Part shown: positions 1 to 8,053 of the stretch, in pieces
Position numbering within the stretch: position 1 is the first letter of the stretch
Layout of the letters: each line of letters begins with the position of its first letter
Assembly: GCA_048940925.1 (NCBI GenBank)
Contig: JBHLOC010000068.1
Location: 1-14,932, forward strand
DNA length: 14,932 bases
Origin: Promethearchaeota archaeon
GTDB taxonomy: Archaea > Asgardarchaeota > Lokiarchaeia > Sigyniarchaeales > SOKP01
Direction of reading: 5' to 3'
Notes under the pieces: generated by a model
The model's input: the letters and a program-made list of their open reading frames with translations, nothing else
Databases searched by the model: none
Told to the model about the DNA's origin: nothing
Program-made: the position numbers and the translations under genes

Positions 1-42
1 AAGGATTATTCTGATGAAATAAAAGCACTTGAGCAATTATAA
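1..42 (+). CDS. Possible 3' end of an upstream gene (partial, ...KDYSDEIKALEQL*)
   Basis: Frame +1 is open from base 1 to TAA at 40-42 with protein-like composition and converges on the 63..320 ORF. Too short to assign. Confidence 0.5.
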   Translation, partial: KDYSDEIKALEQL

Positions 43-62
43 GAGTTTTATTTAAAATATAT

Positions 63-320
63 TTAATCTTTGCTACTATTAGCGTTTAGACTCTCTTTAT
101 CCAGATAATGTAAAGATAGAAGATATATACAAAATGTGGATGTTAATAAAAAACTCCCCGAAATTATAGTTATGGAAAAAATTAAAAGATATTCAGGAGA
201 ATGAAAAGTTAAAAAAATTATATTAGACCAAATTAAAATTGTCCAAGGTATCCAACTAAAGATATAGAAATATTTGATATTCCGTTTAAATTTGTTTAAA
301 TCTGATTCTACAAACAACAT
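63..320 (-). CDS. Small hypothetical membrane protein (2 TM)
   Basis: 85-aa ORF with two hydrophobic stretches (YFYIFSWIPWTILIWSNIIFLTF; YLLIFSITIISGSFLLTSTFCIYLL); fills otherwise empty space. Confidence 0.6.
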   Translation of the reverse strand: MLFVESDLNKFKRNIKYFYIFSWIPWTILIWSNIIFLTFHSPEYLLIFSITIISGSFLLTSTFCIYLLSLHYLDKESLNANSSKD

Positions 321-473
321 TTTATAATCAATAATAAATGTAGTTAAGAATCATATTGTTTAGTAAATATATTAAGTGTTTGTCAAAAACTCTGGTTTTT
401 TATAGAGGTATTAAGAATCAATTATAGACCTAAAACTAGTTTAATCATTTAATCTTAGTAGAAGAAATTAAAA

Positions 474-2405
474 ATGGAAGAAGATGAATTAATTTGGCAA
501 TCTCGCATTAATATCACCCAAGCACCAGAGTTATTTATCCCTAAACCTACACCTGAGAATGTAGTTCCTTTTTATCAAAAACATGAGGATATCAGGTCGT
601 TCCTGTATGATCCTTTTGGAGAAGATCCTCCTGGTACATATGGGCTGGAGTTGAGAGCCAACGAGAAGGTGGAATGCTTTTTTTTTACGAGAGCAGAATC
701 CCGAACTGACGCAATACAATTAGGTTATGCCTGGCTAACGAATCTAAAGTACAAGTTTATAGGATTAGATGGAGTAGTCAAAGCAGAACAAATTAAACAA
801 GATCCTCAGGAAATCCAGAAGAATAACCATTTATTGGAAATCGAGCTTCCAAAAGGATTCATCAAGAATAAAATAAACATAGTAGAGAGGTTTATCAATG
901 CGTTTTATGGTATGAAAGATCGTGAGGTTCAATTGTATATATTATGGCGAAGAGAGCCTCGTTCAGAGAAATCTCAAGAGCAATCAAATTTATTTAATCT
1001 AAGAGTGCTCGTAAGATATTATTTTGAAGGTTCCAATACAGACGAGGAGCTGAAGCTTAAAGGGATTATACAATTTTTGGCGATGGATATAGAGAACCAA
1101 ATGGGTGATCGTGCTAAAGCTGTTAATCCCTCTGGTATCTCACATATAGAGATATTGAAAGGAGAAGTTTTCAAGAACAAAGAAGAATCGTTGAGAACTT
1201 TTGTACAAGAAGATGTGAATTTTGATTTTCCTGAGAATTTACCGCTTCCAAAGCTGCCTATTCTGAAAAATGAGAATGTGAGATATATAGATATTAACGA
1301 AGAGTTTAAAAAAAGAGCGATTACTGTGGGAAAGCATATTAAAGATGGTGTTATCACAGAACATGAGACATTTGTACCAATAAATAAACTTCCTCAAGAT
1401 TTAGCCATTTTTGGGAAATCGGGGAGTGGTAAGACCTATTTTCTTGCTCGATTTATAGATGAACTTTCGAATAAAGCTGGAAATGTAGGCATCTTAGTTC
1501 TAAATGTTGCGAAAGAATCTCAAGAGATATTTTACCGTGATTTCAAGAAGGTGAAATATTCTGACGAGGATTTTCATATACCCTATTATACTGACGCTGA
1601 GAAAGAAACTTTAAACAAACGGTTGCAGGAAACTGCCACATATATTTGTGCTTCATTAGGATTAAAGAATGTATTTGAAAAAATTATTTACCGCACTGAA
1701 GTAGGTTTTTTAGAACTAAAAGGTCAGTTACCAGAATACTTTATAGCGTTACTAAAAGGAGTGGAGACATACATTAGAAACAATCCGTACGGTCCAGAAG
1801 AACAAGCTAATCTATTACAAGTCTTTAGGAATCGAATGAACACTTTTGATGAAGATAAAATTCAAGACGTATTGAAAATCACTGAAAGTTTGCCGAATTG
1901 GGTTAAGGATTGGTTGAGCGGTAAGAATATCTTCCTTAATTTATCAATGTGTAGTAAATTTGTAGAGATGTTGATTGTGAATGCAATATTTCAACTTATA
2001 AGAACGCTAACAAAAGATAGTGAAGCGGAAGAGTTAAAGTATCTCATTGTTATTGATGAGGCTCACGCTATTTTGGAAAAGCCAATTACCATGAACAGCG
2101 ATGACGCTGACTTTATTATGAAGGAACAGATGGCTAAAATATTTTCAGAATTATTAAAGGAATATCGAAGCCGAGGTGTTGGCTTTGTTATTGCAGACCA
2201 ATCTCCTTCTCGATTATTTGATGATGTAGTGTCTCAACCAAGTATTAAAGTAATTTTTAGGGAGGATTACCCGAACAACCTTCTATTTTCTGAAGATCCT
2301 ATTGAAAGACAAATCTTTACTCAATTACCAAATAGGTTAGTATTGGTAATCAATGGAGCAACTGGGGAAAAATTTCTTATTGAAACATTGGATTACTTTT
2401 TTTAG
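474..2405 (+). CDS. HerA/DUF87-family P-loop ATPase (FtsK-HerA superfamily) with about 280-aa N-terminal extension, soluble
   Basis: Walker A AIFGKSGSGKT, Walker B LIVIDEAH, arginine-finger segment LLKEYRSRGVG, sensor IADQSP. No TM segment seen. Confidence 0.9.
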   Translation: MEEDELIWQSRINITQAPELFIPKPTPENVVPFYQKHEDIRSFLYDPFGEDPPGTYGLELRANEKVECFFFTRAESRTDAIQLGYAWLTNLKYKFIGLDGVVKAEQIKQDPQEIQKNNHLLEIELPKGFIKNKINIVERFINAFYGMKDREVQLYILWRREPRSEKSQEQSNLFNLRVLVRYYFEGSNTDEELKLKGIIQFLAMDIENQMGDRAKAVNPSGISHIEILKGEVFKNKEESLRTFVQEDVNFDFPENLPLPKLPILKNENVRYIDINEEFKKRAITVGKHIKDGVITEHETFVPINKLPQDLAIFGKSGSGKTYFLARFIDELSNKAGNVGILVLNVAKESQEIFYRDFKKVKYSDEDFHIPYYTDAEKETLNKRLQETATYICASLGLKNVFEKIIYRTEVGFLELKGQLPEYFIALLKGVETYIRNNPYGPEEQANLLQVFRNRMNTFDEDKIQDVLKITESLPNWVKDWLSGKNIFLNLSMCSKFVEMLIVNAIFQLIRTLTKDSEAEELKYLIVIDEAHAILEKPITMNSDDADFIMKEQMAKIFSELLKEYRSRGVGFVIADQSPSRLFDDVVSQPSIKVIFREDYPNNLLFSEDPIERQIFTQLPNRLVLVINGATGEKFLIETLDYFF

Positions 2406-2425
2406 AGGATTGACAGAAACGTAAA

Positions 2426-2434
2426 TTTTATAAA
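2426..2434 (+). promoter_or_regulatory. Candidate archaeal TATA box for the zinc-ribbon gene pair
   Basis: TTTTATAAA in the short intergenic gap after the ATPase stop, preceded by a purine-rich BRE-like stretch. The AT-rich background weakens this. Confidence 0.35.
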
Positions 2435-2454
2435 TCATATGAATCTTTTGAACA

Positions 2455-3012
2455 GTGAATATCCAGAAAAATAAAAAAGAGAAAAAAAATAACGGGTCAA
2501 TTATGACTTTAGAAGATAAAAAAAAAAAATTTCCTTATATTTGCTCCTCTTGCGGAGAACTTTATCAAGCTTTTAACAAATATTGCGAAAAATGTGGAAC
2601 ATCTTGGTCTATCATGGTGGCTGCGGATGCAGACTATGAAAAAGATTCTACTAAGCGAAAAAGGATAAGTATACCAAAAGAAGAAGTAAGGAAGGGTTTA
2701 ACTTATAGCCTAGTTGCGATTGTTGTAACATTCTTTCTTGCTTTATTTGGTTTAAATTACCTTATTCCAAATTCAACAGGAATCTTTTTAACCTTAACAT
2801 CACTCACATTTATGACAGTTGGGATAGTTTCATTAATAATCTATTTTGTCAATCCCGAAATAAGTTATGGGATGTGGATAAGTAGAAAGAAAAGCAAATA
2901 TCTTGACAATCGAAATGTTTTAGTTGGAAGAAGAATAGTATTGGTAATTACGATTATTGGATTATGTGTATCCACTTTTGTTTTTATTATAATCATCAAT
3001 GCACTTCTTTAA
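2455..3012 (+). CDS. Membrane protein with N-terminal zinc ribbon and about 3 TM helices (true start may be ATG 2503)
   Basis: CSSC...CEKC pair followed by three hydrophobic helices. Annotated start is GTG; an in-frame ATG lies at 2503. Confidence 0.75.
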   Translation: MNIQKNKKEKKNNGSIMTLEDKKKKFPYICSSCGELYQAFNKYCEKCGTSWSIMVAADADYEKDSTKRKRISIPKEEVRKGLTYSLVAIVVTFFLALFGLNYLIPNSTGIFLTLTSLTFMTVGIVSLIIYFVNPEISYGMWISRKKSKYLDNRNVLVGRRIVLVITIIGLCVSTFVFIIIINALL

Positions 3013-3055
3013 TAATCATGAGGATCATGCAAATATTGTTGAAATCTAAGTAATT

Positions 3056-3751
3056 ATGAAAAGTGGAAATCAAAAGAGTTTGGAAAATTTAGATGAGTAT
3101 ATCTTAGAATTTAAGAATTATAAAAGAGGGAAATACAAATTCGGAAATTATTCGACAAAAGAACAAATTCTTGATGAATTCTTAAAAGTTAAGATATTTG
3201 TACTAAAGGGGGGATTAAGGGTAGGAGATTGGATTTTAACACTTTTGATGTTCGGGATAGCGTTAGTATCACTGTTCGCAATATTGCTTCCCGACCCTGA
3301 CCTTGGGATTTTCATAATACCTCTAATTTTCACATTACCAACAGGTTCACTTATGTTGCTTAAACCAAGAAGGTTACTAGTTATCGGTCCGTTGGGTGTC
3401 TCTTATCGAAAAATCTTAAGCTTAGGCGTCTCTTCATGGAAGGATATAATCAATATTAAACATTTTACCCAAACATACAGGGGTTTTAATATAGGGGTAG
3501 TAGTAAAACTCCTAATATCTAATGGGAGAAAAATAAGATTCGGATCAAGTGATTACCTCAATAAGGAATTCCCGAAAAAAGTTCATCGAGAAATGTTTAT
3601 AAATCTTTTTTATATTTACTTTAAACTTGGACAAAATAAAACCTCTAAGGGGTCCTCATATACATCTTATACATGCAAATTATGTGGTTTTAAGTTAACT
3701 ACGGAGGCAGAATTTTGTCCCCAGTGTGGGTTGAGGATCATGTTACCTTAG
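3056..3751 (+). CDS. Membrane protein: 2 TM, beta-rich (PH-like?) soluble domain, C-terminal zinc ribbon
   Basis: Two TM helices, then LLVIGPLGVSYR...SWKDIINIK (resembles bacterial PH-like folds; inference), then CKLCG...AEFCPQCG. Confidence 0.75.
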   Translation: MKSGNQKSLENLDEYILEFKNYKRGKYKFGNYSTKEQILDEFLKVKIFVLKGGLRVGDWILTLLMFGIALVSLFAILLPDPDLGIFIIPLIFTLPTGSLMLLKPRRLLVIGPLGVSYRKILSLGVSSWKDIINIKHFTQTYRGFNIGVVVKLLISNGRKIRFGSSDYLNKEFPKKVHREMFINLFYIYFKLGQNKTSKGSSYTSYTCKLCGFKLTTEAEFCPQCGLRIMLP

Positions 3752-3872
3752 AGAAACAATTTTCTACAAATAACGACGACGACGACAATTTAGGATTATC
3801 CTAATAACCTTCTTTTCTGAAGATCTTTTCGAGCGACAAATGCTTACTTAAATTCCCAAAGCAAAGAAATTT

Positions 3873-4370
3873 ATGGAAGAGGGTTTAAAGCTAGCAGAAA
3901 AATTAGGAGATTTGCACCATAAAAGTATAATGCTTGCAAATTATGGTTTTCTTAATCTGAAATGGAATGAAATCTTGCAAATTATAAAAGAGTCTAATGA
4001 ATTTGTATATTTAATTAGTCCATACTCTCAATTTGAAAGAGACTTATCTACTGAATTGACTTTGATTAAAGATGCTATTATTAATTCATTAAAAAGAGAT
4101 GTTGATGTCAATTTCATCACTCGATCAAGCGATTATAATAAATTAAAATTCATGCATGACGAAGGCTGTAAAATTTATGTTATCCCTAAATTACATTCAA
4201 AAATATATTGTAATGAGTCAAAAGCTCTAATTACGTCAATGAATTTGTATCTAGCTTCCATCTTAAACAATAAGGAAATAGGAATATTATTAACAAAGAA
4301 TAGTGAATTGACAGAATTTAATCAAATTATCTCTTATGCAGTGGATCTAACAAAAAGTAGCAGTATTTAA
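3873..4370 (+). CDS. Phospholipase D-superfamily single-HKD protein (putative nuclease) with an N-terminal TPR-like fragment
   Basis: LISPY, LHSKIYCNE (HxK-x4-E variant), TSMNL and NKEIG motifs in the order expected for a PLD-like domain. Confidence 0.85.
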   Translation: MEEGLKLAEKLGDLHHKSIMLANYGFLNLKWNEILQIIKESNEFVYLISPYSQFERDLSTELTLIKDAIINSLKRDVDVNFITRSSDYNKLKFMHDEGCKIYVIPKLHSKIYCNESKALITSMNLYLASILNNKEIGILLTKNSELTEFNQIISYAVDLTKSSSI

Positions 4371-4416
4371 AAATTATAAAGAATAGAGAAATGAGTAAGT
4401 TATATTAATCCTAAAC

Positions 4417-4458
4417 AATGATCTATATTTTTTGATAGCCTTAAAATACAAGATCATT
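4417..4458. terminator. Stem-loop between the convergent PLD and S8 genes, overlapping the S8 stop codon
   Basis: AATGATCT(4417-24)/AGATCATT(4451-58) plus TATTTT(4426-31)/AAAATA(4443-48), 11-nt loop. Function inferred from position only. Confidence 0.4.
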
Positions 4459-6202
4459 TATTTCTCAGTTTATTAAAGGGTTTAAAGACTCCCATTAGAA
4501 AGTGAACGACGGGAGAGACAACTAATTTCTTAATAAAATTCCTGAAAAGGTGATTTTGTTGCATAGTTCGTGCTACACGTGGACTGAATTTATAGTAAAT
4601 CCACTCATATGCATCAATAAAGAGTGCTCCAATTCTCCGTTTTCTTAATCTAACATCTCTAATATGTCGTAGAAATCTCACTTGTGGAGCTAATGGAGAT
4701 CCGTAAGCTGCTGTAGCAATGAAGCAAATTTTTCCTGAAACAGATGCTTCTGCGTCGACTAATCCATGTCCTGTTGCATCATCGATTCCTTCGATGGCAA
4801 TGTCACCACATGCAGATGTACCTTTTGTTATATCTCTTGCCTTATTAACCAGCTTGTGTTTAATTAAGGCAGGAGTAAAATCTACTCCATCTCCACGGTA
4901 TCTTTCTATCATAAGTGCAGCTACTCCCGCTACTTGTGGGGCTGCACTAGAAGTTCCGCTTCCAACAATCCAACCATCATCTGTTTCTGTTTGATCAGCA
5001 CCGGCAAAACTATTATCTGCTTCACAGTTAGGTTGCGTTGGTAATGTTATAAAAATTCCATTTGGAGCTTGACCAACAATACCACATACATCTGGAATTT
5101 TTCTTGGACCTGATGAATCGGAATATAAAACTGATTCTCCACTGCTTGCATAACTAGATGCTTCCCAGTTATTTGAGTCTTCCCAGTTCTCTAGATTGTT
5201 TATGTATGCTCCACCTACAGATATAACCTCTGGCATAGTACTTGGCCAACCAACGATACATTGAATAATTTGTTCTTTATTTCCTGCAGCAAATATGACT
5301 GTTATATTTCTATCTATTAAAGCTTCAATCTCTGCTTCCAATACTGGTCTATATTCAATAAAATCTTCCGCGAGAAGCATACACCCTTCGGGTATCCCCC
5401 AACTACATGAAAGTATATCGACTTTACTACCAGCATCAACAAAGGCGGTAGCAAAAAGTGCAGTTGAAAGATCGCAAATTTCCCATTCTTCATCGAATGC
5501 TTTAATCATAGTTAAATGTACATCTGGAGCAACTGCAAAAAGATTAGCTGCAATTGCAGTTCCGTGTCCTACGTCATCATTATCAACACCACCAACAACC
5601 GAGTGGACATCAATAGAATAACCTCTTGAAGAATAATATGGATGCCTATAAAATCCTGAATCAATCATAACTACATGCACTCCTCTCCCCGTATAACCCC
5701 AATTATGACATTCCGAGGCTTTTAAGAGTTCAGCTATTTGATCTGGGACTTTTAAATGATGATAAGCTGGAGATGGCGGATTTGGAGATTGAAAAAATCT
5801 AAAAGGAGGGGAAAAGGTTACTTTTTCAATTAAATCAGCCAACTCTTCAGGGATTTTAATTTCTGTAATTGGTGAAAAATATCTTGCTCTCGGCTTTCTT
5901 GCATCTATATATACAGAAAACCTCCTTTTTTTTAACTTCACTCTAAAAGTTTCTTCAAAGAGAGTTCTGGGAGAAGATATTATAATATTGAACCTTCCCT
6001 TTACAATAACTTTAAACCCTAACTCCTCCAGCCTTTTACTTGCTGAATCAAAAGCACCTTCAGGAGGATCGAAATCTTTGAGATTTCGTTTTTTACCCTT
6101 TTCCCTCTCAAAAAGTGATTTTCCTGTGGAAGATCGAAGAGTAAGGATTGCATGAATTACATCTTCAGGTCTTTCATTGTCTATACTATTGGAAATTTTA
6201 GA
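4454..6202 (-). CDS. S8 (subtilisin-family) serine peptidase with N-terminal prodomain and C-terminal CFI-box-CTERM domain; start codon uncertain
   Basis: Catalytic D (VVMIDSG), H (DVGHGTAIA), oxyanion N (FAAGN), S (GTSSAAPQVAG); tail CFIATAAYGSPLAPQVRFLRHIRD. Manual translation shows the frame open from the track's GTG (5941) up to 6202. Confidence 0.9.
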   Translation of the reverse strand, partial: SKISNSIDNERPEDVIHAILTLRSSTGKSLFEREKGKKRNLKDFDPPEGAFDSASKRLEELGFKVIVKGRFNIIISSPRTLFEETFRVKLKKRRFSVYIDARKPRARYFSPITEIKIPEELADLIEKVTFSPPFRFFQSPNPPSPAYHHLKVPDQIAELLKASECHNWGYTGRGVHVVMIDSGFYRHPYYSSRGYSIDVHSVVGGVDNDDVGHGTAIAANLFAVAPDVHLTMIKAFDEEWEICDLSTALFATAFVDAGSKVDILSCSWGIPEGCMLLAEDFIEYRPVLEAEIEALIDRNITVIFAAGNKEQIIQCIVGWPSTMPEVISVGGAYINNLENWEDSNNWEASSYASSGESVLYSDSSGPRKIPDVCGIVGQAPNGIFITLPTQPNCEADNSFAGADQTETDDGWIVGSGTSSAAPQVAGVAALMIERYRGDGVDFTPALIKHKLVNKARDITKGTSACGDIAIEGIDDATGHGLVDAEASVSGKICFIATAAYGSPLAPQVRFLRHIRDVRLRKRRIGALFIDAYEWIYYKFSPRVARTMQQNHLFRNFIKKLVVSPVVHFLMGVFKPFNKLRNK

Positions 6203-6499
6203 TCACATATTGTTTATATTTTTTAAAATGTATGATGTTTTCATTGGATAAAAATAAGAATTATAGTAAAGTATTTAACATTTATGAAAACTTGTCCATT
6301 GGTAACAAAGATCAATTTTAATAGAAAGAGAGGAGTAAAAGGAATTACTCCTGAGAAATGCTCTTTGTTTTTTGATAACCTCAAAAAACCAGAATATGCA
6401 AGAAATAGTGATCAAATTGGTGTTTGAGTTTGGGTATTTAAATTGCCTGAATTTTGCTATTTTTTCTCTAAATATCACTTTAACCTATCATTAACTGAA

Positions 6500-6868
6500 C
6501 TAACTCATAACTTCTATAATCTCTGCTTCAGAAAGAGGTCCTTTTTCAAAAAATCCGGGGTATTGTTTTTTATCCTCACTTGTATTCCAAAAGCCTAAAT
6601 CGAGCCAATAAAGAGAATGGTAGATATCTCCTTTTTCAGTTTCAACTTCTACACCCACAAGAAACTCACCCCAACCACTTCCCCTTTTCAGAAAACCATT
6701 TGTTTTATCTCTAGAATGAATTATATTAGTCGAAAAAGATTTGTGTAGATAGTATTTAACATATTTTATATCCGCAATTTTAATACTGTCATCAGTAGTT
6801 TCTACTAAAAATATTTCCCAATCCCAATAATTACTCCTTACCCTTTTAAATTTATTCTGAACTCTCAT
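6500..6868 (-). CDS. Stand-alone prokaryotic YEATS (pYEATS) domain protein, 122 aa
   Basis: WDWEIFL...IKYVKYYLHKSF...GSGWGEFLVGVEV matches the YEATS signature (LHxSF and GWGEF). Start re-called to ATG 6868, which forms an ATGA overlap with the upstream stop. Confidence 0.85.
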   Translation of the reverse strand: MRVQNKFKRVRSNYWDWEIFLVETTDDSIKIADIKYVKYYLHKSFSTNIIHSRDKTNGFLKRGSGWGEFLVGVEVETEKGDIYHSLYWLDLGFWNTSEDKKQYPGFFEKGPLSEAEIIEVMS

Positions 6869-7497
6869 GTTAATTGCACCTTCCTCTGCTTTATACGACA
6901 TCCGTAAAGATTCCAATTTTGATCTTTATAGGTTAATGCGATTCTTACGCATGGATCTTTTAGCTGAGCGGGAATATTAATATCGATATAAGGGATAATT
7001 TTATCTCGTTCTTGGTCAGTTGTAATTGTTAAATCAGTATAAATATTAACCTGCTCGTTTTCGATAATCAATTCAGTACCTTCAAGAATTGAATAGGAAC
7101 ACTTTGTATTTGCAAAATCTTCAAAAGCGATTGGGATTAGATCGTGAGTATCACATGGAATAAATTCGAGAATTAACCGGAATTTTTCAAATCCCCCCTT
7201 TTGTAGTGCTTTCAAATTATCTTTTAATTTTTTAATTTCTTTTCTTTTGTCTTCAACAAGTCTACGGTCACCAACCTGATAAAAGGCTTCTGGTTTGAAA
7301 ATTGCTAAGAAAAAAACGAATGCAACAACCACTAAAAATAATATGAAAGGAATCATTTCTGAAATCATCCCAGTTCCCAATAATGTAAGAAAAATTGATT
7401 CGATAATTAAAATTGTTAATGTAAAAAAACCTAGTGGACTTGTCACAGCATTTATAATATTGATTTTAGCACTTCTTGTTTTATCTTCATCACTCAT
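6865..7497 (-). CDS. 2-TM membrane protein with coiled coil and beta-rich C-terminal domain, coupled to the YEATS gene
   Basis: Two helices (PLGFFTLTILIIESIFLTLL; IPFILFLVVVAFVFFLAIF-KPE), heptad-like KRKEIKKLKDNLKALQK. Its TGA stop overlaps the next ATG. Confidence 0.8.
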   Translation of the reverse strand: MSDEDKTRSAKINIINAVTSPLGFFTLTILIIESIFLTLLGTGMISEMIPFILFLVVVAFVFFLAIFKPEAFYQVGDRRLVEDKRKEIKKLKDNLKALQKGGFEKFRLILEFIPCDTHDLIPIAFEDFANTKCSYSILEGTELIIENEQVNIYTDLTITTDQERDKIIPYIDINIPAQLKDPCVRIALTYKDQNWNLYGCRIKQRKVQLT

Positions 7498-7741
7498 TTT
7501 ATCAACCTTCAGTTTGTTAATTTAGAAATATAATTCCTAAAGAAAGGATTTCAACAACAATAGACATAAATCTATTCAAAAAATAATTGATTTCATATTG
7601 ACTAAGACGGATTAATATTTAACTTTTTTGTATATTTTATTGATTTCATAAATTTTACTCATAAATTTTACAGGTATTACAATTTTTTCTTTAAATACAA
7701 AAAGAATATTGCACAGATAATGAAATAATTTAGGTGTTAAA

Positions 7742-7993
7742 ATGACTCCATATAAGGTAAAATTTGAAATTGAGATTGATGAGAATCAAGAATGTTCGAT
7801 TAATATAGGAAGGGCTGATGAAATATCCCAGTATATTGAAAATTTACATGAGTTATTACCAGATACATATCCGAATGTCAACTTAAATAGTAATGACAAT
7901 TTACATAAGCTTAAGAGTGATAATAGAACAGAATTACTGACAGTGTTCGAAGCATTGCTTGAAGCCATATTTAATGTAGAAATTCAATCATAA
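7742..7993 (+). CDS. Small acidic hypothetical protein
   Basis: 83-aa ORF with SD-like AGGTG just upstream of the ATG; divergent from the 2TM-YEATS block. Confidence 0.65.
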   Translation: MTPYKVKFEIEIDENQECSINIGRADEISQYIENLHELLPDTYPNVNLNSNDNLHKLKSDNRTELLTVFEALLEAIFNVEIQS

Positions 7994-8053
7994 ATGCTTT
8001 CAGCAAATATAGAGAATAAATTTAGAAAATGAAATTTAAAATTCTATTAGATT

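Noticed and set aside
474-2405. Calling this the DNA-repair helicase gene herA
   Set aside because: No nurA/mre11/rad50 context, and the N-terminal region is not recognisably the HAS barrel; only the family-level call is supported.
4417-4458. Hairpin as a SECIS element recoding the UGA at protease codon 2
   Set aside because: It has AUGA-N11-AAG spacing, but the AUGA is Watson-Crick paired rather than forming the G.A/A.G quartet, the SECIS register gives a poor helix, and selenocysteine at residue 2 of a prodomain has no obvious function. A covariance-model search would settle it.
6275-6478. ORF 6275..6478 (-) and a 47-aa + strand ORF at 6284..6427 (MKTCPLVTK...)
   Set aside because: Short, mutually overlapping and without recognisable motifs. 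Neither can be supported, although a small gene here is not excluded.
6869-6916. Longer YEATS start at 6916 given in the ORF track
   Set aside because: It would overlap the upstream gene by 52 bp; ATG 6868 gives a standard ATGA coupling and starts at the domain boundary.
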